Of a DNA stretch of 64,000 bases, positions 1 to 11,960 are shown in pieces. The first letter of the stretch is position 1. The number at the start of each line of letters is the position of its first letter. The notes below the pieces were generated by a model that ran no database searches, was not told the DNA's origin, and saw only the letters and a list, made by a program, of their open reading frames with translations. The position numbers and the translations under genes are program-made. This DNA is from Eledone cirrhosa (lineage: Eukaryota): assembly GCA_964016885.1 (NCBI GenBank), contig OZ024740.1:364312001-364376000 (forward strand), written 5' to 3'.

Positions 1-857
1 TATGTTTGGGGTTATGTGATTGTGGAGATTGTAACTCACCCATTCTTGGGTTGTCTTGGCCTCTTGAGATGGTGCAGTCTTGTTGGAAGGTTCCATTCTT
101 CCTTTGCTCACACTCTCTATTCAAAGCCTCACATCCTTCTCCAACACCTCCTTATAGTCAGCAGCATTGACTCTTAAGCCTTGAGGTAAGAAGTGAGGAG
201 GCACGACAGCTCCCTATCCAGTTGCTTGAAACAGTTGGAATGTCTTTAGTGTATCTGCATAACCATCTGTCATTCATTCAGTTGACCTTTCCTGATCAAA
301 GTTTTTCTCATCAGAGAAAAACCAAAGCATCCTAGGTTCTTGATGTTTCAATTTGCTCAACCAGCACTTTGCACTGATCAGATGATTATCTTTTGTCTTT
401 GCAGAATTGGCTTCTCCGCATGACATTTGACTTGCATCAAAGGTCCTCATGCACAATTCTTCTGACAGTGTGCCGTGAAATCTTGAGCTCCTTAACAATG
501 CCGTTAATTGACTTCCTGGGGTTCTGATTGATAATTTTCTGCACTTTTCGTACAAATCTGGGTCTTCTGATTGTATTAGGACTCTTAGCAGGTGTTTTAT
601 GTTTGACTATTGCTGCTGAATTCCTCTCAGCAGTTTCCAGCTCTTTGTGAACTTTGGCAACAAACAACTGTGCAACTTTCAGGAAGCAGGCAATCTCCAA
701 ATCACTATGCTCTGCCTTTAAAGCATTTCAGTGGACTTTTCATTTGTTGAATTAGCTTGATGTCTGTTATCATTTATCTGAAAAGAAATGATAATCAGAA
801 CAAGTTAGAAAAAAAAAGCTATTAAAAGACATGTCCTCAGAGAACTGAGCCACCCTG
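1..857 (-). mobile_element. Decayed Tc1/mariner-superfamily transposon (maT/DD37D-like transposase pseudogene), runs off the window start
   Basis: Minus-strand frames give an HTH-like segment (NPRKSINGIVKELKISRHTVRRIVHEDL, 437-700), WFFSDEKNF (first catalytic D, ORF 274-555) and frameshifted FQQD..APSQEAKTTQEWV..NHITPNI at 1-90. Terminus CAGGGTG (minus) at 851-857 abuts TA at 858-859. Confidence 0.8.
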
Positions 858-956
858 TATGTTTTAAAAGGCTGCGTTTTGTAATGATATGTAGTTTCAT
901 TTCTAACAGTGTTTTGACAGATTTGTATAGTTTCATTTCATCAGTGTTTTGACAGA

Positions 957-1377
957 ATTTGGCAGAATTGTTAGAGCATCAGACAAAATACCTCATGAGA
1001 TTTTATTGCAGCCCTTTACAGTCTGAGTTCAAATCTTGCTGAAGTCAGCTCTGCTTTTCATCCTTCTATGGGCAGTAAAATAATGTACCAGTGAAGTATT
1101 GGATTTAATATAATTGACTTTCCCCTTTTGCTTAAATTAGAAACTATTATTATTAAGAATAATATAAAAGGTGGTGGCTTGACAGAATCAATAGAGCATC
1201 AGACAAAGAGCTTTGCAGTACTTAATCACTGCTTTTTATATTGAGTTCAAACCCCACTGAGGACAACTTTGCCTTTCATCTTTCCAGATTGAATAAAACT
1301 GGTGAAGTACTGGAGTTGATATAACAGACTTTTGTCTCTTCCTAAATTGCTGGCCTTGTGCATAACTATTATTATTA
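957..1377 (+). mobile_element. Two tandem, diverged tRNA-derived SINE copies
   Basis: A-box-like TGGCAGAATTGTTAG, B-box GAGTTCAAA, core (G)CTTTCATCCTT..TAAAA..GTACCAG and (ATT)n tails; same family as the young copies elsewhere. Confidence 0.75.
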
Positions 1378-1437
1378 AGGATAATAAAATTATCATAACT
1401 GTTATTCCTTGCAGGGTCAACTTTATTTTTTATACTT

Positions 1438-3065
1438 ATGAAGATGGGGAAGGCAACCGGTCCATCGGGTATAGCTGCCGAGATTCTGAAGGCATCTGGG
1501 TCTGTAGGTCACACTATAACCACACGTATCGTTAACCAGGTAATACTAGAAGGGGCCATACCAAAAGATTGGTGCAGTAGCATCATTGTCAACTGCTACA
1601 AAGGCAAAGGCGACGCACTAGATAGAGGAAACTATAGAGGTATAAAGTTGATGGACCAGGTCATGAAAGTAACAGAAAGAGTTATAGCACAGCTGATTAG
1701 GGACCGGGTGAATATAGACGAGATGCAATTTGGGTTTGTACCAGGAAGAGGCACCACTGATGCCCTCTTCCTTGTGAGGCAATTACAGGAAAAGTACCTA
1801 GCTAAAAGTAAGCCACTCTACTTGGCATTTGTCGACCTTGAGAAAGCCTTTGACAGAGTTCCACGTGCTGTAATCTGGTGGGCTCTTAGAAAACTAGGAG
1901 TAGATGAATGGCTTGTGAAAGCAGTACAAGCCATGTATAGGGGAACAGTCAGCAAAGTTAGGATTAGCAATGAGTATAGCGAGGAATTTAGCGTACAGGT
2001 TGGGGTCCACCAGGGCTCTGTTCTTAGCCCTCTCCTGTTCATCATAGTCCTGCAGGCAATAACGGAGGAATTTAAGACCGGATGCCCATGGGAACTCCTG
2101 TATGCTGATGACCTCGCACTCATAGCTGAATCTATGAATCTATAAATCTATAAATCCAAACCTGGAAGCAGGGACTAGAGAGAAAGGGTCTCAAAGTCAA
2201 CATGACAAAGACTAAGGTCCTTGTAAGTAGACGAGAAAACAGAACCCAGATCCCCTCAGGGATATGGCCTTGCTCAGTATGTAGGAAAGGTGTAGGTAGG
2301 AACTCCATTCTCTGCCCCAAATGCAAACAATGGGTACACAAGAGATGTAGCGGGATCTCAGGAAGCTTAATTAAGAATGTAGGATTCACATGCAGCAGCT
2401 GTGCTGAAACAGCAAGCAGCAAACAGCCACAGGAAACAAGTACCACCAATCTCTGGGAGGGCCCTGTAGAAACAGTAGACAGCTTCTGCTACCTAGGTGA
2501 CCGAATTAGCAACGGAGGTGGGTGTTCAGAAAGTACAATAACTAGGGTAAGAACGGGATGGAAGAAGTTTAGGGAACTACTACCACTGCTAGCTGCAAAA
2601 GGCTTCTCCCTCAGAATGAAAGGCAGACTGTATGATGCGTGTATCCGAACAGCGATGTTGCATGGTAGTGAGACCTGGGCGCTGAAGGTGGAAGACTTAC
2701 GTAGATTAGAGAGAAACAAAGCCTGCATGCTCCGATGGATGTGTAACAGTAATATACGTGAACGACAAAGCATAAATGAATTGAGAGAGAGACTGAGCAT
2801 AAGAGGAATCAAATGCTGTGTGCAGGAGAGGCGGTTGCGCTGGTATGGACATGTGATGCGTATGAAGGATGACAGCTGCATAAAAAGGTGCAGAGCACTA
2901 GAAGTTGATGGAAACCGCGGAGTGGGGAGACCCAAGATGACCTGGGATGAGGTGATAAAAGCCGACCTTACCCAATTACACCTCTCAAAGACAATGACAC
3001 ACGACCGTGACTGCTGGCGTCACGCAGTAATACAGAGTACCCGACCTCCCATGGGTACATGCTGA
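1438..3065 (+). pseudogene. RTE reverse transcriptase plus PHD-like finger and C-terminal domain, broken by one lesion at about 2128-2156
   Basis: GKATGPSG, NYRGIKL, QFGF, FVDLEKAFD, GVHQGSVLSPLLF, YADD (2101-2112). Continues in another frame as WKQGLERKGLKVNMTKTK, C4HC3 finger (2271-2402), YLG, RRLRWYGHVMR, GRPKMTW. Confidence 0.92.
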
Positions 3066-3359
3066 AGCATATAAACAATATGCCCCCACACCCCCCACCG
3101 CAAGGTGGTCGTGGAGGTGCCACGGCAAAAAAGCACCCAGCCCACACTGTAAAGTGGACGTGTAGGCGCCACGAAAAAGCACCCAGCACTCACTGTAAAT
3201 GAGGTTGGTGTTAGGAAGGGCATCCAGCTGTAGAAATCAAGCCAGATCAGTTCCTGTATGAGCAAGGCATGGTCAGCCGACCAGACACTGCACACAACAG
3301 GATAACCCGTCTAACCCATGCTAGCGTGGAAGAACGGACGTAAAACGGTGATGATGATG
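1438..3359 (+). mobile_element. Young 5'-truncated RTE-clade LINE inserted into a SINE core
   Basis: RT ORF, C-terminal ORF, 3'UTR ending CCCATGCTAGCGTGGAAGAACGGACGTAAAACG(GAT)n. Flanks rejoin as SINE core (GGTCAACTTT..ACTT | CCAGGGTCATCGATAAAAT) with ACTT duplicated at 1434-1437 and 3360-3363. Confidence 0.93.
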
Positions 3360-3371
3360 ACTTCCAGGGTC

Positions 3372-3811
3372 ATCGATAAAATAGCTACTAGTTAATAAAT
3401 AATGAGACATTCCATCATCCATCAATAAAATAAGAATTAGTTAAATAATGAGTTGATCCAGCATTTGTCGATAAAATAAGTACTAATTAAATAACTGTTT
3501 CTACTTTTGGCACAAGGCCAGCAATTATCCCAGTGCATTACTGGTACTTTATTTTATTGACCCCATAAGGATGAAAGGCAAAGCTAACCGTGGCAGGATT
3601 TGAACTCAGAACATAAAGGGCCATAACTCTATGCTGCCAAGCATGGTGTCCGACGCTCTACCAATTCTGCCAAAAATAATGAGTTGATCCAGCATTTGTC
3701 AATAAAATAAGTACTAGTTAAAAGTTAAATAACGGGTTGATCCAGTGTCTATAAAATAAGTACTAGTTAAATAACGGGTTGATCCAGCGTTTGTCCATAA
3801 AATAAGTATTG
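3372..3811 (+). repeat. About 6 tandem ~45-bp units amplified from the SINE core, interrupted by an antisense SINE
   Basis: Unit GTC(G/A)ATAAAATAAGTACTAGTTAAATAA(T/C)G(A/G)GTTGATCCAGCATTT. Confidence 0.8.
3496..3672 (-). mobile_element. Young tRNA-derived SINE
   Basis: Reverse complement of the ~180-bp SINE ending GTAGAAACA; flanked by AAATAA(C/T). Confidence 0.88.
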
Positions 3812-4639
3812 GCAAGTCTAATTGACTATCTCCTTCAAAGTGTGTGGCCTTTCTGCTTATGTTAGAAATCTTTAGAAATCTTTATTAGAAATCATTCTTC
3901 TTATTATTATCCAAAGAAACTGAAATCAGATTTATTTTGTTTATTGTGCAATGAATCAGCACACATACACATGGTCTTTTTCAGCTAACAGCTAGAAGCT
4001 ATGACTGTTGATTGGGGTTGTGTTATCAGGTAGTATTGGTTACACACAGCTCTTTGTACTAGCTATTCACTTTAAAAAAAACATTAAAAAAACATATCCT
4101 TTGTTAAGATTAAACCTGTTCTGTAGCTTTTTATAATTTGTTAGAATGTGTAAGCTTGTCTTCTCTGAGAAGCAACTAGATTGAGAAAAAAAAGAAGAAA
4201 ATAAAAAGCTACATCAAGTTGTTAGGCTATGGAGGTTTGTTTATATATTGCTAGCGCTTGCTGACTTGGTAGTGTAACAAGTACTGACCTGTAATGAGGT
4301 CAGATATGTGGACTAGACTTACCAACATGAACAACTGGCCATTTCTTTCTTCTTTTTTTGTCAAAGAGCAATGACACTGGTTTTTATTTATTTACATGTT
4401 TATATCTGTTGGATATTCTATTTATCACATATGTAGACACCAAATTTTATTAATTGATCTTTTTTCTTATTCAAACAATGTGTGTGGGCATAATTATTTA
4501 ATGCCCATTTTCCTTGCTAGCAAGGGTTAGTCAGGTTGTCACTGACCAAACAGTACTTAATTGGTGTTTCACAGACAGGCTGAGGTCTGCAACTTGCTTT
4601 ACAGAGTGTACTCGGCATGTTTTATCTTATTAAAACAAG

Positions 4640-5790
4640 AGTATACCTTTATCCATCCACAGATCTCAGCTGTGAGTTGCAGTAAGTTGTCTTAGAAACT
4701 CCCAGTTGTCCTAAATGTTATATAGGTCTGTATTTCCTTCTATTCTTCCTCCTCTATATATGTGTCATCTAGAATCCCTATGAACTAATCTATGTTTACC
4801 AGAGAGACCTCCAGTTTTGTGTTTCTGAGTCCAGCTAGTTCTGACTCTGAAGCCACCAATCCTTAGTCTTTGTTTCAGTGGTACATTCTTCATGAGGAGG
4901 GGTGTACTGGGTTGACTTAGTATTCATAACCAACTGTCTATCCTATTTCCTGGTGCAATGAACTCTATCTGGTTTGTATATTCACCTGAGTAGTAGGTGA
5001 TCAAGTGGCTATTTAGTTTTCTGAAATTTGTGTTGTAAAGGGCAAGGACATTAGTATAAAACAGTTTCCCAAACATTTTCAAATGCAGAACCCTTTTTGG
5101 TTCAGAAACTTTTGGAGATATCCCAAAGTCTAATACTGTTATATGGTTGTAATGTAAATATACTCCTCTACCTTTTTTCACAGAACTCCAAACACTCGTT
5201 TGTAGAACCCACTTTCGGAACCATTGATATAAAAGAACTCCAAGCTCCTTAATCACCTTTGTGAAAATACAGCTCACCTAGTATGTTTAGCAGACCTCCT
5301 ACAAAAATTCATTTCATAGGTTTTGCAGGTATTTTAATGATAGGGTCTCCAGTCCTGTTATGAAAAGCAATGTGAAGTGAAGCATCTTTCTCAAGAATGC
5401 AAGGTGTCAACCGGCTCAGGAATCTAATCCATCACCTTATGATTGTGTGTCCAACACCCTAACCTCTAGACCACATGCCTTCATATCCCTCTCATCCCTT
5501 GTACCATATCCATTGCCTCCCAGTTACTGGAGTGGCCATCCTGGTGTTGCCAAACATGCCCATTAAAATATACTTTATCCATTTCTCTACCAACAAAATA
5601 CCTACTCTAACCATCCCACTACAGTTACCCTTCCTGAAAAACTTGTACATGTGTTTTTTGCCTATGAGGAATCTGGCTTATGCTGCCTTCCTTCCATTTG
5701 ACCTCTTTTACATTGTACACATTCCCTTGCCTCTGCTCTAGCATCTTTACAATCTCTCCAGCCAGACCTACCTTTCAGCATACCAGCTTT
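4640..5790 (-). mobile_element. Ancient RTE LINE remnant (AP endonuclease region), interrupted by a hAT MITE and a SINE
   Basis: Minus-strand fragments: GMLKGRSG-EIVKMLEQR, ARFLIGKKHMYKFF..VGILLVEKW (about 5570-5790); YNTNFRKLNSHLITYYSGEYTNQIEFI (about 4950-5040); DNLLQLTAEICGW (about 4650-4700). Confidence 0.75.
5062..5226. mobile_element. hAT (Charlie-like) MITE
   Basis: Imperfect TIRs CAGTTTCCCAAAC / TTTCGGAACCATTG; 8-bp TSD GTATAAAA / ATATAAAA (7 of 8 match). Confidence 0.7.
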
Positions 5791-6225
5791 CATGATAGAC
5801 ATAAATACAATTAACTACAATAGGAAATGTGTTCTGCTCAACACATCTGCTTTAAATCATATATAATATATATTAATGGCATTGCTGTATAATACCAAAG
5901 GTGTTTCTTCAAAGTTAGCTGTAAACTGCGACTCAGTAGATTTAGCCATTAAAAAATATATGTATTTTTAAGAAATAGACAAACAAGTTTATCGGTTATT
6001 TGATCTGAATATTTCTGCAGCATCTCAACATTTTAAAGATGCAATTTGATGCCAATAAATTTAGGTTTCATTGAAAATACTCTTACTCATCATAAAGGAA
6101 ACTTTAGCTGTTCAAAAAATATAAAAATAAAAATTCAACTTGCCCAATCATCTAACCTTTTCTCAAAATTTTTTTTGTATGCTTTGTTTCTTTTACTATA
6201 AAATTCTATAAAATAAAGTTCTACC

Positions 6226-6259
<34 letters not shown>

Positions 6260-6263
6260 CAAT

Positions 6264-6295
<32 letters not shown>

Positions 6296-6790
6296 TCCAT
6301 CTACTTTCCATGATTACATGGCTTAGAGTTGTCATGCTTTGAGCATAAACTGGTCAGATGACCAAGTCTTACTCATACATTTCATTTTGGCATGGTCTCT
6401 GCAGTTGGATACCCTTCCTAATGCCAAACGCTTTACAGTGTGGGCTGGTGCATTTTATGATACCAGCACTACAACTTTTACAGAGTGTGTTGGCTACATT
6501 TTATCATGACAAAGAGCACTGCCATTTTATGGAGTGCACTGGGTGACACCAGAACTATCATGTTACAGCTTGTGCTTGATACATTTGATCATGATACTGG
6601 CACTACCTCTCTAGAGTGCAGACTGGGTGCATTTTATTGTGACATCAGCACTACCATTTTATAGTATGTACTGGGTGCATTTTATTGTGACATCAGCACT
6701 ACCACTTTACAGTATGTACTGGGTGCATTTTATCATGATACTGGAACTACTATTTTACAGTGTAGACACCAGAACTGGTGATGTTTTCAT
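6226..6790 (-). mobile_element. RTE-tailed SINE remnant with degenerate 48-bp units and (TAA)n/(CAT)n tail
   Basis: (CAT)n, TTCCATG, GGATACCCTTCCTAATGCCAA, then several TTTACAGTGT..CTGGGTGCATTTTAT units. Confidence 0.7.
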
Positions 6791-7334
6791 GTACCCTGTA
6801 CTGTTAAAGAGACCCCTCTAATTTAGGGTGTCTCTATTCATTGCAGTCAGCATAACCAAGAGGGTGAATACAAGAGAGTGAGCCAGGCTGAGTTGGTGAA
6901 GGGAGTGAGATGAAAGTATGATGGGAGATTACTACATTTCTGTATAGTTTGTATTATAAAATGTATGCTAGTGGGATTCATGTTGTTCATACAAGCATGG
7001 AAATTGATTATGTTGATTCTTTTGTATCTGAATTCCTTCATAATAAACAAGAATTTTGTTACGTAATTATGATAAATTAATGTAAATTTATGAATACTTG
7101 TAAGGAATAAAAATTATTCATTTGAATTTTTTTTACTTTAGTTATGTTTATTTTATACTAGAATAAATCTGAAATAAATTCCAATTTAGATGAGATTTTT
7201 TTTTGTAGCAATGAATTGATGTGTTTGAACAATTCAACTGTCATTTCCATTTTGTATTCAAACTTACAGTAAACACATAATTGTTAGATTTCTCAATTAA
7301 AGAAAATAATTTGCTTCTATTCATGGTTAAATGG

Positions 7335-7380
<46 letters not shown>

Positions 7381-8283
7381 GAGAGAGAGAGAGAGAGATA
7401 TTATCAAAATCTTTTTCAATTTCTGCCTTTCCTCAGGTATTTCATACCTGGCTAAATCTATTTCTCAATATCTTTAGGTTTGTTTTCATGACTTGGCTTT
7501 GCAGCTTGCCAGCTTTACTGAAGATAATGTTTAACCATACACCTCCCTTCTGAGTCAATGATTCTAGCCTGTATAAATGTAGACATCCTTCTTTCTATAG
7601 AATTGTGTCTCTAATATCTATGAAAAGAGGTTCTACTGAGATTATCTGCTCTAATAATTTTCTAAGAAGTCACCATGCCTGCTTGGTCTGATCCCAGGAA
7701 ACTTCTTTCACAGTGAAATAGTTCAGTGATGGCTTCAATAATTGTATGTTCTTCCTGGTCATAAACTCATGTATTTTTCCTTTTTTTTTTCTTCTCTTTT
7801 TGACACTGGCTACTTGCATACAAACATTTTCTTTTCACTAAATCTGTGTTTGATCTGAAAGAAATTGCTATCAAAAGAGTAATTAATGCTTACACATCAC
7901 TGAACCCGCCATCTTAACTTTCTTTGTGATAAACACCCAGATATCTAAGTACATGAATACATACACAAACATGCCTGCATAATTGGGCAAGTATGTTAAT
8001 TCTTTGTATATTACAACAGCTGAAAAGAACCATGTATTTTTAAAAGGGGTAAAATGTAAGCACTTGATTTTCATAGTCCATATTTTAGACATAAAAGAAA
8101 CTTATCTTTAGAGGCATTCCTCAGCATTATTATTAATTTTTTTAATAGTAAATAAGGTTTTTAATTGTCTTATGAAAAGGCCTTTAAAAGTAATGTCCAT
8201 TGTTAATATCATTTCCCCCACATCTATATGTTTACTGGTACATTTCAAACTATATTTTGTGGGACATTTTAACAATGCTTGAA

Positions 8284-8603
8284 CTCTTTAGCATTTACAT
8301 TACTCTGTATTTACTATCATATTTTCACGGTAAAGGCTTTACTTCATATAATTATCTCACATAATATTGAATCTATGATATTTTAATATTATTTATTTTG
8401 AGAGCCGAGGTTGACTTTGCCTTTCATCCTTACGGGGTCGATAAAATAAAGTACCAGTAATGCACTGGGTAATTGCTGGCCTTGTGCCTAAAGTAGAAAC
8501 AATTATTTATTTTGAGAACAATACCTTAACATAAGTATGAGCAGCCGGTTACAGCCAGTTTAAACAGAAAGAGGTGAGGGAATTCTGGCTGGATTTGACC
8601 AGT
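8284..8603 (+). mobile_element. TTAA MITE family 1 copy carrying a 5'-truncated SINE (8404-8501)
   Basis: MITE body matches other copies; SINE flanked by 16-bp TSD ATTATTTATTTTGAGA (8388-8403, 8502-8517). Confidence 0.88.
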
Positions 8604-8800
8604 CAGGCTTTGGTATTCATGGGAATGCTTGTGTTCTTAAGGAGAGATGCCAGTTAATAGCTGACTAGGTTTATCTTCTGGACTCTAGTTCCTATTTCAC
8701 TGTCTATCTTCCCACCATCAGCAAAGATGCTCCGCAACCATATGAACTCAAGTTTCGTGGAGCAGCTGTCCATTGATGGTAATATCCAGTTTTTCAGGAG
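8604..8800 (-). mobile_element. Ancient LINE (RTE-like) post-RT fragment
   Basis: Minus-strand DITINGQLL..FIWLRSIFADGGKIDSEIGTRVQK..LLKNTSIPMNTK resembles the segment after non-LTR RT. Confidence 0.55.
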
Positions 8801-8879
8801 TACACCCTACTAACAGTCCTTATAAATCAACTCTTTTGATACTAAGCCACCTAAAACTGCAATATAATAACTGCTTTAA

Positions 8880-9311
8880 CCCTTTAGCATTTAAACCAGC
8901 CATATTTGGCCAGAATTCTCTAACCTTTGTTCTGTTCAAACCAGCTGTAACTGGTCACTCATACTGATGCTAGGGTATTATTCTCAGAATAAATATCAAA
9001 ATCTCATAGATTTGATATTATGTGAGATAATTATGTAAGGTAAAGCCTTTACCATGAAAATACAATAGCATATATAGAGTAATGTGATTGCTAAAGCGTT
9101 AACCCTTTAATGTTCAAACCGGCCAAAAACGGCCAGAATTCTCTACCTTTTTTCTGTTGAAACTGGCTGTAACTGGTCACTCAAACTGATGTTAAGGTAT
9201 TGTTCTCAAAATAAATACTTTCAAAATCTCAGATTTGATATTATGTGAGATAAAGCATTTACCATGAAAATATGATAGTATATATATATAGAGTAATGTA
9301 ATGCTAAAGGG
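8880..9311 (-). mobile_element. Two head-to-tail MITE family 1 copies sharing one TTAA (8880-9098, 9103-9311)
   Basis: TTAA at 8876-8879, 9099-9102 and 9312-9315; TIR CCCTTTAGCATTTA. Confidence 0.9.
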
Positions 9312-9796
9312 TTAAAGTGGTTATATTTATCTATAAATCTGCAATCATAATTTTATGTGAGAACCTTTGTTATATTCCTAATGCTGGCTTAATAATGAGA
9401 AAGTTAGATATATTACTAAATTATTCCGAATTTGTACTACAACTTATGAAAGGTGCATGTATATTACATAGAATAAAGTACAAATATCAGGAAAGTGAAC
9501 AGTGTATGAGTCATGATATACATGTGTGCGTGTGAATGGATTGTTTTTAAAATGATTTCAAAACTATAGGCAGTGTCTTTCATTAGAGATGGCTATTTTG
9601 AAATAATTCACACCCATGCAAACGGGAAAATAAATGTAAAACAGGGATGGTGATGATGATGATGATGAAATATGTAAAGCTGTCATAATACTTTACAACT
9701 TGTTAATAAATGAATTAATAGTATTTAACATTTTTTTCAACGAAAAATTGTTTCTACTTTCCTCACTTACTTTCAGAAAATGATGATAATGATAAT

Positions 9797-10067
9797 AAAT
9801 TTGAATGTTGATTATGAAAACGGAAGCAACCCCTATTATAATAATAGATGCCTTGGGAATGCTAGAAAAACACACAGACAGATGTATAACCAAAACTCCG
9901 GGACTTACAAATATTATGTATACAGGCACTGCATACCTTCTAAAGACTACTTTCAAAACAATAGAAACACCATCACCAAATACAACACTGCACATAACCA
10001 AGGTGTACAGAGCTGTACTCAGTAATGCAATGACAGCTTGCGATGAAAATAAGGATGATAATAATAA
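9797..10067 (+). mobile_element. R4/Dong-clade non-LTR retrotransposon 3' fragment
   Basis: KTEATPIIIIDALGMLEKHTDRCITKTPGLTNI..GTAYLLKTT matches the P-I-I-x-G-A-L-G..GTAHILR C-terminus of R4/Dong RLE proteins; followed by a 3'UTR and set in (TAA)/(TGA) repeats. Confidence 0.7.
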
Positions 10068-10273
10068 TGGTTTCTGATTTAGGCACAAGGCCAACAGTTT
10101 TAAGGGAGGAGAAAGTCGATTAAATCGACCCCAGTGCATTACTGGTGCTTTATTTTATCGACCATGTAAGGATGAAAGGCAAAGTTGACCTTGGTTGGGT
10201 TCGAACTCAGAACGTAAAGGGCCATAACTCCACGTTGCAAATCATGTTGTCTGATGCTCTACCGATACTGTCA
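10068..10273 (-). mobile_element. tRNA-derived SINE, long variant
   Basis: Reverse-complement SINE with the extra GTCGATTAAATCGAC palindromic segment, embedded in (TAA)n. Confidence 0.85.
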
Positions 10274-10780
10274 TAATAATAATAATAATAATATTAATAA
10301 AGCATTTACACTAATTTAATTTTTGTGTTAGCATGGGATAATTTAGAAAATTTCAATGAACACTGTAGATACTGCAGAAATTACTGTTTTGTAATCTCTA
10401 AGCATGCAGAGTATTTAATAATCTCTTGTGTATAGTGTAAGTGGAATGACAACTGGGTCAAATTTTAAAGAATTTGGTCCTCACCTCCACAAATTGTCCA
10501 TATTTGTGTTAGTGTTTGCAAAAAAAAAAAAAAAAAAAGTTGCTTGCATGCGATAACATTAAATGCAGTTATTAATACTAAGTAGTAGATTAGCTGGCCT
10601 TAATTTTGGAAAGTCTGTTCTTGATTATATTCCTCCTTTGCTTTAGTTTACACCACATAGTGAGACTTAATTATAAAGGTTGTGAGTTCAGTTCCTGGAC
10701 CAGGTAGTATGTTGTGTTTTTCAGCAGTATATTTTATTTCACATTACTTTACATCACAGGACTGGAGTCCCTATCATTAA

Positions 10781-11187
10781 CCCTTTAGCATTTACATTAC
10801 TCTATATTTACTATTGTATTTTCACAGTAAACACTTTATCTCACATAATATCGAATCTATGAGATTTTGATATTATTTATTTTGAGAACGGTGGATTGGC
10901 AGTATCGGTAGAGGGTCGGACGCCATGCTTTGGCGCATAGTTACGCCCCTTACCATTCTGAGTTCAAATCGCGCCGATGTTAACTTTGCCTTTCATCCTT
11001 ACGGGGTCGATAAAATAGAGTACCAGTAATGTACTGGGTAATTGCTGGCCTTGTGCCAAAAGTAGAAACAATTATTTATTTTGAGAACAATACCGTAACA
11101 TCAGTTTGAGTGGCCAATTGCAGCCGGTTTGAACTGAAAGAGGTGTGAGCATTCTAGCCGGATACAGCTGGTTTAAATGCTAAAGGG
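10781..11187 (+). mobile_element. MITE family 1 copy carrying a full-length young SINE (10890-11070)
   Basis: TTAA TSDs at 10777-10780 and 11188-11191; SINE TSD ATTATTTATTTTGAGAA(C) at 10872-10888 and 11071-11087. Confidence 0.92.
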
Positions 11188-11422
11188 TTAAAATACAGGA
11201 CAAATCTCATGCAATGCTAACTCATAGGAGACCAGCCAAACCTGCATAGGTGTGAGCTGAAAATTCCATTTTTCATTTCATTTCATAGTGATAGCTAAAT
11301 ACTATGTATAAATTATAGATTCTCACAGAAGAGACTTTGAGATTTGGAATGAGAAACATGTGACTGTTGATTGTATTGACTGCAATTGAGTAAATTCTGT
11401 GTGTGCTCATTTTACACATTAA

Positions 11423-11960
11423 CACTAACATTTACATTATTCTATATTAACTATTGTATATTCACGATAAAGGCTTTATCTCACGTAATCTCGACTCTAC
11501 GAGATTATGATGAAATTATAGTTTAAGAACAATATCTCAACGTCAGAGTGAGCTGCTGGTTATGGCCAGTTTCAAAAAGAGGAAAGAATTCTGGCCTGAT
11601 ACTGCCGGTTTAAATGCTAAAAGGTTAACTCTTTTATAGCCATATTTCTAATAAAATAAACTATTTGAATAGTGAGAATTTGTAGAGATTATTGAAATTA
11701 TTGTTTCACTATTCTGGTGATATTTATAACATAACTTAACCCTTTAGCATTTACATTACTCTATATTTACTATTATATTTTCATGGTAAAGGCTTTACCT
11801 CACATAATTATCTTACATAATATCGAATCTATGAGATTTTGATATTATTTTTTTTTAGAACAATACCTTAACATCAGTAAAAGTGGTCAGTTACAGTTGG
11901 TTTGCACAGAAAGAGATGAGAGAATTCTGGCTGGTTACTGTTGGTTTAAATGCTAAAGGG
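11423..11960 (+). mobile_element. Two MITE family 1 copies (11423-11624, 11740-11960); the second interrupts an older family 3 TTAA MITE
   Basis: TTAA-flanked; right end TTTAAATGCTAAA(G/A)GG. Confidence 0.85.

Noticed and set aside
1818-2935. Antisense ORFs over the RTE
   Set aside because: Shadow frames of the LINE coding strand with no recognisable motifs.
10890-10975. tRNA gene
   Set aside because: A and B boxes are present but there is no cloverleaf and it continues into the SINE body; the same holds for all copies.
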